64,000 nt of DNA from Arenicellales bacterium (GCA_041550555.1 JBFEOO010000005.1:14017-78016), one strand, 5' to 3'. Counted from the stretch's first letter, positions 9,532-18,753 are shown. Notes: a model not told the origin generated them from the sequence alone. Program-made: numbers and translations.

Positions 9532-10548
9532 TTATGACACTGCCCTCAATACGTCCGGCTCACCGGCGTCTTGCGGATGCCACGGAACCCGGCCCTGCAG
9601 CACACCCGACGCGTCGATGATCTCGGCGACCGTTTCCTCTTGGCGGTACGCCATGACGTGCACGCCGTGAACGCCCCCGATCTCGCGGACCTGCTGTATG
9701 AGCTCGGTGCAGAGCTTCATGCCCTCGAGCTTGGGCTTCTGCGCTCCCTCGAGCCTGCGCACCACCTCGTCGGGGATGTGAACGCCCGGCACGTTCTCGC
9801 GCATCCAGCGCGCAGCGCGGGGAGAAGCCAGCGGACCCACCCCGACCAGCACGAACACGCGTTCGTGCAGGCCCATGTCGCGAACGCGCTCCATGTAGCG
9901 CTCAAGCATCGCAATATCGAAACAGTACTGCGTCTGCACGAACTGGGCCCCGGCCTCGATCTTTTTCCTGAGCCTGAGCGGACGGTACTCCAGCGGCGGT
10001 GCGAAGGGATTCGCCGCCGCGCCAAGAAACACGCGCGGCGGCGTCGTCAGCGTTCTGCCGCTCAGAAAACGACCCTCGTCACGCATGCGTCGCACGGCGC
10101 CGAGCAGCGACATGCAGTCGAGGTCGAACACTGGCATGGCGTCGGGATGATCCCCTGTCTGCACGCCGTCTCCGGTCAGACACAGAATGTTGGCGACACC
10201 CATGGCGCTGGCGCCCAGCACGTCACCCTGCATGGCGATACGGTTGCGATCCCGGCACGACATCTGCGCGACCATCGAGTAGCCGCGCCGCGCCAGCAAC
10301 GCGCACACGCCGATGCTCGACATGTGGCAGTTAGCGCCCGAGCCGTCGGTCGCGTTCATGGCGTCGACGTAGCCGTCGAAGATGCGCGCGCGCAGGTAGA
10401 CGTCCTCGGGGTCGGCCGAGTCCGGCGGCGAGAGCTCGGTGGTCACCGCGAAATGGCCGGCGCGCAGCACGCGCTCGAGACGTCCACCCGAGCTGTGCCC
10501 GGGCAGGATCTCGAGCGGCTCGCCGCCGCTGGTGCCCTCGACCGTCAT
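9532..10548 (-). CDS. metF: methylenetetrahydrofolate reductase, MetF-type (copy 1)
   Basis: 338 aa with MTHFR family motifs FAVTTELSPP, MSCRDRNRIAMQGDVLGA and LCLTGD. It has an ATGA start/stop overlap with the upstream MetV-like gene. Confidence 0.85.
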   Translation of the reverse strand: MTVEGTSGGEPLEILPGHSSGGRLERVLRAGHFAVTTELSPPDSADPEDVYLRARIFDGYVDAMNATDGSGANCHMSSIGVCALLARRGYSMVAQMSCRDRNRIAMQGDVLGASAMGVANILCLTGDGVQTGDHPDAMPVFDLDCMSLLGAVRRMRDEGRFLSGRTLTTPPRVFLGAAANPFAPPLEYRPLRLRKKIEAGAQFVQTQYCFDIAMLERYMERVRDMGLHERVFVLVGVGPLASPRAARWMRENVPGVHIPDEVVRRLEGAQKPKLEGMKLCTELIQQVREIGGVHGVHVMAYRQEETVAEIIDASGVLQGRVPWHPQDAGEPDVLRAVS

Positions 10549-11012
10549 CGCCCCGCGTCCGCGCCGCGTGGGAGCGCCGACTTCTCGCAAACGACGCGCA
10601 GCCACGAGGAGGCGCCGAGCAAACTCGTGTCGAGCGGTCGCTGCACCGGGTCTTCAGGGGAGCGCATGCGTGCGCGACCCTCGGCCGCCGCCACCCACAC
10701 GCAGCGCATGTGTCGATCGACCTCGCAGCTGCCGTCGTCGCGCACGCCGCCGCAGGGGCCGTTGCGAATTCGCTTCGGACAATTCATCGGGCACGACATG
10801 CCGGTCGAGTTGAGCACGCACTGCCCGCACATGCGGCAGTCGAACAGAAATCCCTTGACGGTCCTTTCCACCGCGCGCACCGGCCGCTCGAGTCGCCGGT
10901 AGCCCAGAGAGCGCCACAGCGGATGCAGGGCGACCATCACCGGCTCGAGGACCCCATACAAGGCCTCGAGTCCACGCGCGTGTCGCACCGACCATTGACG
11001 CGCCGCGTACAT
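10545..11012 (-). CDS. MTHFR C-terminal-domain protein (MetV-like Cys-rich subunit)
   Basis: 155 aa with the Cys cluster CRMCGQCVLNSTGMSCPMNCPKRIRNGPCGG, characteristic of the small partner of acetogen-type MetF. Confidence 0.8.
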   Translation of the reverse strand: MYAARQWSVRHARGLEALYGVLEPVMVALHPLWRSLGYRRLERPVRAVERTVKGFLFDCRMCGQCVLNSTGMSCPMNCPKRIRNGPCGGVRDDGSCEVDRHMRCVWVAAAEGRARMRSPEDPVQRPLDTSLLGASSWLRVVCEKSALPRGADAGR

Positions 11013-11015
11013 GGG

Positions 11016-11315
11016 CTACTCGCTCCTCATGCCCTTGGCCTTGATCAGCAGCTCGAGATCGCCGTCGGAGAATGCCTCCTCGAGCTGCGCCGCACATGCC
11101 GCCGCTGCGGCTTCGAGGTCGTCACCGCACTCGCTCTGCTGCCGACGCCACTCGCTGAGATACGCTTCGCTGCTGCCCTTGCCGGCGCGCATCGCGGCGC
11201 GGTCGATTGCCTTGTGGAAGCGATCGGAGAGCGGCACCTTGGCCGACCGGCGCCCGCTCTTGGCGATGACCTGTGCCGGAATATCACGCCAGTACACGGT
11301 GATCAGCTTGGCCAT
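11016..11315 (-). CDS. small conserved protein of the so-called virulence-factor domain family
   Basis: The N-terminus MAKLITVYWRDIPAQVIAK matches my recollection of this family, which co-occurs with MetFV/corrinoid clusters. Its function is unknown. Confidence 0.6.
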   Translation of the reverse strand: MAKLITVYWRDIPAQVIAKSGRRSAKVPLSDRFHKAIDRAAMRAGKGSSEAYLSEWRRQQSECGDDLEAAAAACAAQLEEAFSDGDLELLIKAKGMRSE

Positions 11316-11946
11316 CCGTGAGACACCTCTGCGCATGCTCTAACGCGGCGTGCAGTCCACCGTAACCCGTGTGACGATGCTCGAAAGCCAGGTTCAGACG
11401 CGCCGCCGCTTGTCTGGCGCGCTCGGCGAGCATCGCGTCGACGGTCTGGGAGAGATACACGAGCTTGCGGTAGTTGCCGAAATACAGCGGCTCGAGCTCG
11501 GGATGGCGGTCGAGTCCCAGCCCCTTCACGACGAGCCGCTCGAAATGTCTGGCCAGAAAATCGGTCAGGTAGAAGGTTCCCGGCTCGGCTTCGGAAAGCT
11601 CGCGAAACAGGCGCGTCCCTGCGAAGAATTCGTAGCAATGAGCGCCCGCAATCCGCTCCACGCCCTCCTGCTCCAGAACGCGATCGAGGGCACCACCGGT
11701 CCCACAGTCTGCGTAGGCCACGAAAATGTGACGGTAGCGGGTGCGCGCCGCGCAGATGGCCGCGCGCACGGCTTGCGGTATCTCCTCGGGTCTGTTGTGC
11801 AGCATCGCCGGAAGGCACTGCACCGCCACGGACTCCCAGCCGTTGGCGCGCACCAGCGCCGTGAGCTCGTGGGCGAGCGCACCGCAGGCGATCACCACAA
11901 GCCGTGATCCCTGCCGCGCTGCGTCGGTGCCGTCGGCTGCAGCCAC
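11284..11946 (-). CDS. DUF1638-family protein
   Basis: 220 aa. It contains VVIACGALAHEL and FVAYADCGTGGALD segments typical of DUF1638 proteins found beside corrinoid methyltransferase genes. Its 3' end overlaps the next gene by 32 nt. Confidence 0.7.
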   Translation of the reverse strand: MAAADGTDAARQGSRLVVIACGALAHELTALVRANGWESVAVQCLPAMLHNRPEEIPQAVRAAICAARTRYRHIFVAYADCGTGGALDRVLEQEGVERIAGAHCYEFFAGTRLFRELSEAEPGTFYLTDFLARHFERLVVKGLGLDRHPELEPLYFGNYRKLVYLSQTVDAMLAERARQAAARLNLAFEHRHTGYGGLHAALEHAQRCLTDGQADHRVLA

Positions 11947-11952
11947 GGGGAC

Positions 11953-12669
11953 TCAGGCGTGCGCCGCCGCTCGGTGCGCCGCCACCAGCTCCTTCGCGGT
12001 CTCGACAGCGACAGCTGCATCACGACAATAGGCGTCCGCCCCGATCGCTCTGCCGAACTCTTCGTTGAGCGGCGCTCCGCCAACCAAGATCACATAGTCG
12101 CCGCGGCGGCCCTGCTCGAGCAGCGTGTCGATCACGACCTTCATGTACGGCATGGTGGTGGTGAGCAGCGCCGACATGCCCAGTATCTCGGGCTTGTGCT
12201 GGTCGAGCGCTTCGAGGTAGCTCTCCACGGGATTGTTGATGCCAAGGTCGATCACCTCGAATCCGGCACCCTCCATCATCATCGCCACCAGATTCTTGCC
12301 GATGTCGTGAATGTCTCCCTTCACCGTTCCGATCACCATCTTGCCGATCGTCGGTGCGCCGGTCTCGGCAAGCAGCGGCCGCAGGATCTCCATTCCGCCC
12401 TTCATGGCGTTCGCGGCCATCAACACCTCGGGGACGAAGAGGATACCGTCGCGAAAGTCGATACCGACAATGCGCATGCCCTCGACCAGCGCGTCATTGA
12501 GGACCCTGTCCGGCGACCAGCCGCGGTCGAGCAGTATGCGCGTCCCCTCCTCGATCTCCTCCTTGAGACCGTCGTACAGATCGTCATGCATTTGTTCGAC
12601 CAACTCGTCGTCGGCGAGGCTCGACAGGTCGAGCTCCTCGCCGCTGTCGATTGGCTCCACGTTGGCCAT
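11953..12669 (-). CDS. corrinoid (B12-binding) protein, MtbC/MtgC/MetH-cap+Rossmann type
   Basis: It has the DxHxxG motif GDIHDIGKNLV, then SALLTTT and ILVGGAPLN. The N-terminal helical cap region reads LYDGLKEEIEEG. I set the start at MANVEP (12669). Confidence 0.9.
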   Translation of the reverse strand: MANVEPIDSGEELDLSSLADDELVEQMHDDLYDGLKEEIEEGTRILLDRGWSPDRVLNDALVEGMRIVGIDFRDGILFVPEVLMAANAMKGGMEILRPLLAETGAPTIGKMVIGTVKGDIHDIGKNLVAMMMEGAGFEVIDLGINNPVESYLEALDQHKPEILGMSALLTTTMPYMKVVIDTLLEQGRRGDYVILVGGAPLNEEFGRAIGADAYCRDAAVAVETAKELVAAHRAAAHA

Positions 12670-13247
12670 CACGTTACCCCTGTCAGAACGCCACAACACC
12701 CGTGTGACTTGCCATGCAGGCGCGCTAAGAGTAGGACTCGACCCCACGGTCTGCTGACGTCGCGGCGACGTTGGATTGCCGGAAAGCGACACGACAGCAG
12801 ACCGCGGAAACAGCGTTTATGGCTTGGCGCGGGAACCGCACGGGCACCATGCGCGGCGCCCGCGCGGTTCGCCGTGAGCGTGACTGAGCTGCCAGGCCCA
12901 CAGGCGTCGGCGGTCGACGCTCTGCCGGCGACCACCGGCATGACCGGCCACCCCCCCGCGTGCAGGCCCGGGATTGCGACGTCCGCCTCGGTAGGCCGTG
13001 GCGGGCGCCGCTTCGCCCGTGCGCGAGCAGACATGTTGGCGGCGCTCTCGGAAAAGCCGACGCCCAACGCAGGCGCAATAATTCGCCCCACGTCGCAAGG
13101 GCTCCTGCCTCGAGTTCATCCGCGCGCTCGGATCACGCGTTTTCCGCGTTCGATCTCCCCGCACAGCGATGCCCCACGAGGAGCACTGGACGGCTCAGGG
13201 GTTTGCTCATCCACAGACGCAGTACGCCGGCAAAGGAAAAACGCTTC

Positions 13248-14126
13248 ATGGGCGATATCATCGACGGCAAGACCTTCGCAGCGAACCTGCGCCTGGACAT
13301 CGGGCGCCAGGTTGAACGACTCAAGGCCCGGCACGGGATCACGCCGGGTCTCGCCGTCGTGCTCGTCGGCGACAATCCCGCCAGCCAGGTCTACGTTCGC
13401 AGCAAGGGTAAGCAGACACAGGAAGCGGGCATGGCGTCGTTCGACCACCGGCTGCCCGCCACCGTCTCCGAGTCGGAGCTGCTGTCGCTGATCGCGCGTC
13501 TGAACCAGGACGCCGCCGTGAACGGCATTCTCGTGCAACTGCCGTTGCCGCCCCAGATCGGCGCGTCGGCCGTCATCGACGCCATCGATCCCGCCAAGGA
13601 CGTGGACGGGTTTCACGTCATCAACGTCGGCAAACTCAACACCGGTGGCGACGGCATGGTGCCGTGCACCCCGCTTGGCTGTCTGATGCTGCTCAAGGAT
13701 CGCCTGCCCGAACTCGCCGGCCTGAATGCTCTGGTGCTCGGACGCTCCAACATTGTCGGCAAGCCCATGGCGGCGCTGCTGCTCAAGGAGAGCTGCACGG
13801 TGACCGTGGCGCATTCGCGGACCCGGAACCTGGCCGAAGAGTGCCGTCGCGCTGATGTACTCGTCGCCGCCGTCGGGCGCGCGAACATGGTCAGGGGCGA
13901 TTGGATAAAGCCGGGTGCGATTGTGATCGACGTCGGGATCAACCGCATCGACGCCGGCAACGGCAAGACGCGCCTGGTCGGCGACGTCGACTTCGACAAC
14001 GCGCTGCCGGTGGCCGGTGCGATCACACCCGTCCCCGGCGGTGTCGGCCCCATGACGATCGCGTGCCTTCTCCACAACACGCTCAAAGCGGCCCGTCTCC
14101 AGCACGGCATCGAACCCGCCGGCTGA
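13248..14126 (+). CDS. folD: bifunctional 5,10-methylene-THF dehydrogenase / methenyl-THF cyclohydrolase
   Basis: The product starts [15 protein letters not shown] and contains [41 protein letters not shown] and [10 protein letters not shown]. Confidence 0.95.
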   Translation: MGDIIDGKTFAANLRLDIGRQVERLKARHGITPGLAVVLVGDNPASQVYVRSKGKQTQEAGMASFDHRLPATVSESELLSLIARLNQDAAVNGILVQLPLPPQIGASAVIDAIDPAKDVDGFHVINVGKLNTGGDGMVPCTPLGCLMLLKDRLPELAGLNALVLGRSNIVGKPMAALLLKESCTVTVAHSRTRNLAEECRRADVLVAAVGRANMVRGDWIKPGAIVIDVGINRIDAGNGKTRLVGDVDFDNALPVAGAITPVPGGVGPMTIACLLHNTLKAARLQHGIEPAG

Positions 14127-14249
14127 ACAAAGCGGGATGGGCCGCCCCAGCGACCACCGCCGCATCGCGGTGCCGGGCTCGACAGTCATGGTGCGTTCAC
14201 GAGCAAGGCGGGCTAGACTTCACCCACAGCGAAGCACGGGCCGCTCCCG

Positions 14250-15092
14250 GTGACAGACACTTTCCTCACCGCCTGCGTCCAGAACTGCGCAAGCGCTGAC
14301 GTCGGCGCCAGTCTCGACGACAGCATCGCGCTCGTGCGCGAGGCGGCCCGCGCCGGTGCCCGTTTGATCTGCGTGCCGGAGTTCTTCTCCTGCTACTACG
14401 TCGACGACACAGGTCTGCGGGTGGGCCGCTACGCCGAGGACGAGCACCCCGCGCTGCCGGCCTACCGCGCCCTCGCCCGCGAGCTCGCTGTCTGGATCGT
14501 CATCGGCTCGCTCGCCGTGACGGCTGATTCGGGATCGGGGAAACTACGCAACCGCTCGTTTCTCATCGGTGCCGACGGCGCCGTCAAGGCGCGCTACGAC
14601 AAGATCCACATGTTCGACATCGAAGCGGCGAGCGGCCGGGCCAGCCGCGAGTCGGATCTCTTCGAGCCGGGCAGCGAAGCCGTGCTCGCCGACACCCCAT
14701 GGGGCCTGCTCGGCATGACGGTGTGCTACGACGTTCGTTTTCCGAGCCTGTATCGCCGCTTGGCCCAGGCGGGTGCGCACTTTTTCACCGTGCCGGCAGC
14801 CTTCCTGCGCGCCACCGGCCGGGCACACTGGCACGTGCTGCTGCGCAGCCGCGCCATCGAGACCGGCTGCTACGTGTTCGCGCCTTGTCAGTACGGCGAG
14901 CACGGCAAGTCAAAGACCTTTGGCCACTCCTTGATCGTCGATCCTTGGGGCGAGGTTGTGGCCGACGCCGGCGACGCACGCGGCTTTGCCATCGCCGAGA
15001 TCGACCCCGGCCGGGTCGCCGAGGTACGTCGCCGACTGCCGGCGCTCGGCCACGATCGCCGCTACACGGTCGTCGGCGGCGCGTCGCGGTAG
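14250..15092 (+). CDS. carbon-nitrogen hydrolase (nitrilase/omega-amidase superfamily)
   Basis: 280 aa. The catalytic triad context is CVPEFF (Glu), a Lys region, and MTVCYDVRFP (Cys). Confidence 0.85.
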   Translation: MTDTFLTACVQNCASADVGASLDDSIALVREAARAGARLICVPEFFSCYYVDDTGLRVGRYAEDEHPALPAYRALARELAVWIVIGSLAVTADSGSGKLRNRSFLIGADGAVKARYDKIHMFDIEAASGRASRESDLFEPGSEAVLADTPWGLLGMTVCYDVRFPSLYRRLAQAGAHFFTVPAAFLRATGRAHWHVLLRSRAIETGCYVFAPCQYGEHGKSKTFGHSLIVDPWGEVVADAGDARGFAIAEIDPGRVAEVRRRLPALGHDRRYTVVGGASR

Positions 15093-15197
15093 TCGTTGTC
15101 TTGGCGGAGTGTGCTGGACGGTCGCCGCGGCGCGCTCCGTCTACCGGCGCTCTTGCGGCGCGGCCGCCCGGTTCGGTGACACCTTGCCGGATGGCGG

Positions 15198-15232
15198 CCG
15201 GGACGGTACAACGTCTGCTAACTCCGTCCCGG
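15198..15232. repeat. 9-bp perfect inverted repeat (stem-loop) just upstream of the OLD-like gene
   Basis: CCGGGACGG (15198-15206) and CCGTCCCGG (15224-15232) are separated by 17 nt. No U-tract follows. Confidence 0.5.
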
Positions 15233-15265
15233 GCCTCGTGGCCGGGACATCACTCGGGATCCGCA

Positions 15266-17248
15266 ATGCAGCTCACTCACGCCGAAATCTCCGATTTCCA
15301 AAGCGTCCGCGAATCCAATCCGATCGACATCGGCGATATCACCTGCCTGGTCGGCAGCAACGAGGCCGGCAAGACCGCCTTGCTGCAGGCGTTGTACCGG
15401 CTCAATCCGATCGTCGACGGCGACGCCCAGTACAGCGTCGATGACGACTACCCCCGCGCCGACGTCGACGACTACGAGCGTCTGGTGGCGCAAGCAGCAC
15501 AGCCGCCGGCGACGGTGGTGCGCGCCATGTTTGCGCTGCAGGATGACGACCTCACCGACCTGCACCGCGATTTCGGCGAGGCGGCGTTGCGCCTCCGGCA
15601 CATCGTGGTATGGAAGGGATACGACAACAAACGCAAGTTCCGCCTGCAGACCGACGAGCGGGCAGCGGTAGCACACATGCTGACCGCCCCGGATCTGGAC
15701 GCCGACGTCCGCACGGCGCTGGCCGGCAGCGAGACGTTCGCCGACATCCTGGAACGCGCGGCCACCGTGAGCACGACGCCGGCCGTCGAACGCGTCACCG
15801 CCCTTGCCCGCTCCGCGTGTGATCTCGGCTTCGACCGCCTGCTGTATCACAGCTACCTGCTGCCGCGTTTACCCCGCTTCGTGTACTTCGACGACCTCTA
15901 TCAGTTACAGGGACGGGAGAATCTCGACGCCCTCAAGCGACGTCGCGACGCACAGCAGCTGTTACCGTCCGACCACGCTATGTTGGGCTTGATAGAGCAG
16001 GCCCGCCTCGACATCGATCAGCTGTTGCATCCCGGCCGCACTCAGGCACTGGTGAGCAAGCTCGAGAACGCCGGCATGCGCCTGAGCGACGCCGTCTCCC
16101 GCTGCTGGTCGCAGAGCCGATCTCTGCGGGTGCGATTCGACGTCCGCCCCGCCCATCCCGACGACCCCGAGGGGCTGCGGGAGGGGACCAACATCTGGGC
16201 ATGGGTCTACGACACCCGTCACAAGGTCACCACCGGGCTGCACGAGCGCTCTCGCGGCTTCCTCTGGTTTTTCTCGTTCATGGCCTGGTACTGGCAACTG
16301 CGACAGTCGGAACAGCCCCTGGTGCTGCTGCTCGACGAGCCGGGACTGTCGCTGCATGCGCAGGCACAACGGGATCTGGTGCGCTATTTCGAGGACGAAC
16401 TCAAACCCAATCACCAGCTCGTCTACACCACGCATTCGCCGTTCATGGTCAACCCTCTTCATCTTGAGCGCGTGCGCATCGTCGAGGATCTGCACGACCC
16501 GCGCAACGATGACGTCGACGGCGGATCTTCGGGCACGCGGGTGCTCACCGAGTTCATGGACGCACGCCGAGAGAGCCTGGTGCCCTTGCAGGCGGCGCTC
16601 GGCCATCGCATCGTCGACTCACTGCTACCGCGCTCGGACATTCTCGTCGTCGACGACGTCTCCGACCTGATCTACCTGAAGGTGATGTCGGAGCTGATTC
16701 AGCAGGAACGGCGTATCGGCTTGAGCCTGCGCTGGTGCCTGCTGCCGGTAGGCGGCGCGCGACGCTTGCTGGAATTCGCTGCTCTGACCGGCACCAGGGA
16801 GAACGGCGTTCTGGCGGCATTGCTCGGTATTCACGCCGACGAACGCCAGCTCGTCGACGCCGTTTATGCGCGCAAGCTGCTGCAGAAGAATCACATCGTC
16901 ACCTTCGGCGATTTTCTGGGTCGCGCGGAGGCAGATATCGAGGACATGTTCGAGCCGTCATTCTATGTGCAGCTCGTCAATCTGGCCTATCGGCAGAGCC
17001 TGAGCGAGTCGGTCACGGAGACGGCGCTCGATCCGAGAGAACAATGCATGCGGGCGCGCGTTCGGCGATTCTTCGAGCAGTATCCGCTGCGCGACGGCGA
17101 GCCGTTCGACCACTATCGGCCGGCGCGGACGCTGCTCGAGAACATCAACGGGCTCAGTGCCGATATTGCTCACATCACGCGTGAGAAATTCGCCACCATG
17201 TTCCTGTGGCTAAACTCACTGCTCGCGACCGAGATCGATCGCCGTTGA
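15266..17248 (+). CDS. OLD-family / fused-PARIS-like ABC ATPase with C-terminal Toprim-like domain (putative anti-phage or nuclease protein)
   Basis: 660 aa counted from the ATG at 15266. Motifs are Walker A GSNEAGKT, SRGFLWFFSF, Walker B LVLLLDEPG and H-loop YTTHSPF. The C-terminal ILVVDDVSDLIYLK...GIHADER...IEDMFEP resembles an OLD/DUF4435 Toprim. The upstream ORF extension to 14699 overlaps the nitrilase gene and is rejected. Confidence 0.75.
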   Translation: MQLTHAEISDFQSVRESNPIDIGDITCLVGSNEAGKTALLQALYRLNPIVDGDAQYSVDDDYPRADVDDYERLVAQAAQPPATVVRAMFALQDDDLTDLHRDFGEAALRLRHIVVWKGYDNKRKFRLQTDERAAVAHMLTAPDLDADVRTALAGSETFADILERAATVSTTPAVERVTALARSACDLGFDRLLYHSYLLPRLPRFVYFDDLYQLQGRENLDALKRRRDAQQLLPSDHAMLGLIEQARLDIDQLLHPGRTQALVSKLENAGMRLSDAVSRCWSQSRSLRVRFDVRPAHPDDPEGLREGTNIWAWVYDTRHKVTTGLHERSRGFLWFFSFMAWYWQLRQSEQPLVLLLDEPGLSLHAQAQRDLVRYFEDELKPNHQLVYTTHSPFMVNPLHLERVRIVEDLHDPRNDDVDGGSSGTRVLTEFMDARRESLVPLQAALGHRIVDSLLPRSDILVVDDVSDLIYLKVMSELIQQERRIGLSLRWCLLPVGGARRLLEFAALTGTRENGVLAALLGIHADERQLVDAVYARKLLQKNHIVTFGDFLGRAEADIEDMFEPSFYVQLVNLAYRQSLSESVTETALDPREQCMRARVRRFFEQYPLRDGEPFDHYRPARTLLENINGLSADIAHITREKFATMFLWLNSLLATEIDRR

Positions 17249-17462
17249 GTCCCCGGTGCGCACCGCGCCACGCATCAGGGAAACCTGGGCGGCGAGGCGA
17301 CCCGACATAATCCGTGAGGCGCGCGGATCGCGGTCGCAGTGCGTCGTCCAATCCGGGCAATGAGGGATCGTTGGGGCGCGGCGCGGCGCCGACACCTACG
17401 CGGGTGGGATTGTGGCGAGCATCGACGCAGAGTCTGCCGCCGCACGCGTGCCGTGGTGCCGG

Positions 17463-18719
17463 CTACGTCTCGCGATTGCGAATGCGCAGGAACACACCCG
17501 ACCGCGCCTTGGGCTCGAACCAGGTGGACTTGGGCGGCATCACCTCACCGGCGTCGGCCACGGCGATCAGCTGCTCGATCGACGTCGGGAAGCATGCGAA
17601 GCCGAGACGCCAGTCGCGCTGCCGACAGCGCTCGGCGAGCCCGCGCAAACCTGTCGTGCCGGCGACGTAGTCGAGGCGAGCATCGGAACGGGCATCGCTG
17701 ATGCCGAGAATCGGGCTCAGCACGCGTTCCTCCAGGACAACCACATCGAGGGCCCGCACCGGGTCGGCGGGCACTAAGCCGGGTCGTACCTGCAATCGGT
17801 ACCAATCCCCGTCGAGCAGCATGGCCAGCTCGCCCGGCCGCGTCGGCGTTGCGTCTTCGGCGCGAGCCACTTCGAGCGGCGTCACCTCGAAACTCTCCTC
17901 GAGCGCACTCAAGAACCGCGGCACGCTATAGCCTTCTATATCCCGCACGCAGCGGTTGTAGGCGAGAATGCGCAGCTGGTTGTGGGGAAACAGCGCTACG
18001 AGCATGTAGTTGTACGCCTCGTCGCCGCGGTGCGCGGGGCTCTTGCGGCGCTCGGCCGCGAAGCGGGACGCGGCCGCGGTCCGATGATGACCATCGGTCA
18101 GATATGAAACCGGAATCGCGGCGAACAGGTCCACCAGCAGACGTATATCCGTATCGTTCTCGACACGCCAGATCGTCTGTCGCAGACGGTCGGGAACGGC
18201 GAAGTCGAGCAAAGGTTCGCTGCGCGTCAAGCGCTCGACGCACTCATCGATGCGCGCGTCCCTGGCATAGGCCAGGGAGACGGGGCTCGAGCTCGCGCCA
18301 ACGGCCTTCTGATAGCGCGTCAGCTCGTCCTCCTTGATCGGCTGCGTGTGCTCGTGCTTCCTGATGCGGCCGCCGTCATATTCCGCAATCGGCATCTCCG
18401 CGACCACACCCGTCTGCACATGCTCGTCGGTTGCCATGCGGTACAAGTAGAGGTACTTACCGTGACTCGGCTGGAAAGCCCCTTCATCGAGGAGTTGTTG
18501 CAGCTTCGCGGCGTTGAGCTCGAGCACTTCGAGCAGCGTCGGGCGCTCCTCGGGCGGAAATTCCTCCCGCGAACGCATGACGTTTAGGAAATTGTCAGGG
18601 TGGGCGGCGGCGAAGCGAAACCGTTCCTCGGGACTCAGCGAGTCGTACGATGGAGCGACCACGTCCGCGACTCGCGCGGGGGCAACGAGATATCCACCGA
18701 AGGGGCTGATGATCGGCAC
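17463..18719 (-). CDS. DUF1015-family protein
   Basis: The GTG start at 18719 gives (M)PIISPFGGYLVAP...VVAPSYDSLSPEE, the typical DUF1015 N-terminus. The longer ATG ORF (18809) would overlap serC. Confidence 0.8.
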   Translation of the reverse strand: MPIISPFGGYLVAPARVADVVAPSYDSLSPEERFRFAAAHPDNFLNVMRSREEFPPEERPTLLEVLELNAAKLQQLLDEGAFQPSHGKYLYLYRMATDEHVQTGVVAEMPIAEYDGGRIRKHEHTQPIKEDELTRYQKAVGASSSPVSLAYARDARIDECVERLTRSEPLLDFAVPDRLRQTIWRVENDTDIRLLVDLFAAIPVSYLTDGHHRTAAASRFAAERRKSPAHRGDEAYNYMLVALFPHNQLRILAYNRCVRDIEGYSVPRFLSALEESFEVTPLEVARAEDATPTRPGELAMLLDGDWYRLQVRPGLVPADPVRALDVVVLEERVLSPILGISDARSDARLDYVAGTTGLRGLAERCRQRDWRLGFACFPTSIEQLIAVADAGEVMPPKSTWFEPKARSGVFLRIRNRET

Positions 18720-18753
18720 GGAGAACAGTCCGAGTCGCAGGAGCGGCGTGTGG

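Noticed and set aside
12670-13247. Cobalamin riboswitch in the 578-nt spacer upstream of the corrinoid-protein operon (minus strand), or upstream of folD (plus strand)
   Set aside because: Only fragments resemble the consensus. On the minus strand these are ACGGGCGAAGCGGCGCCCGCCACGG (about 13020-12994) and AAUCCCGGGCCUGCA (about 12975-12961). On the plus strand it is GCCAGGCCCACAGGC. The GGGAA block and a proper B12 box are missing, and the candidate sits about 290 nt from the start codon. I treat this as unresolved and leaning negative. It should be run against the Rfam Cobalamin and AdoCbl-variant models.
14699-15265. N-terminal extension of the OLD-like ORF (849-aa version)
   Set aside because: The extension overlaps the 3' half of the nitrilase-family gene in another frame and is Arg/Pro-rich. 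The ATPase N-terminus (strand followed by Walker A) begins naturally at the ATG at 15266.
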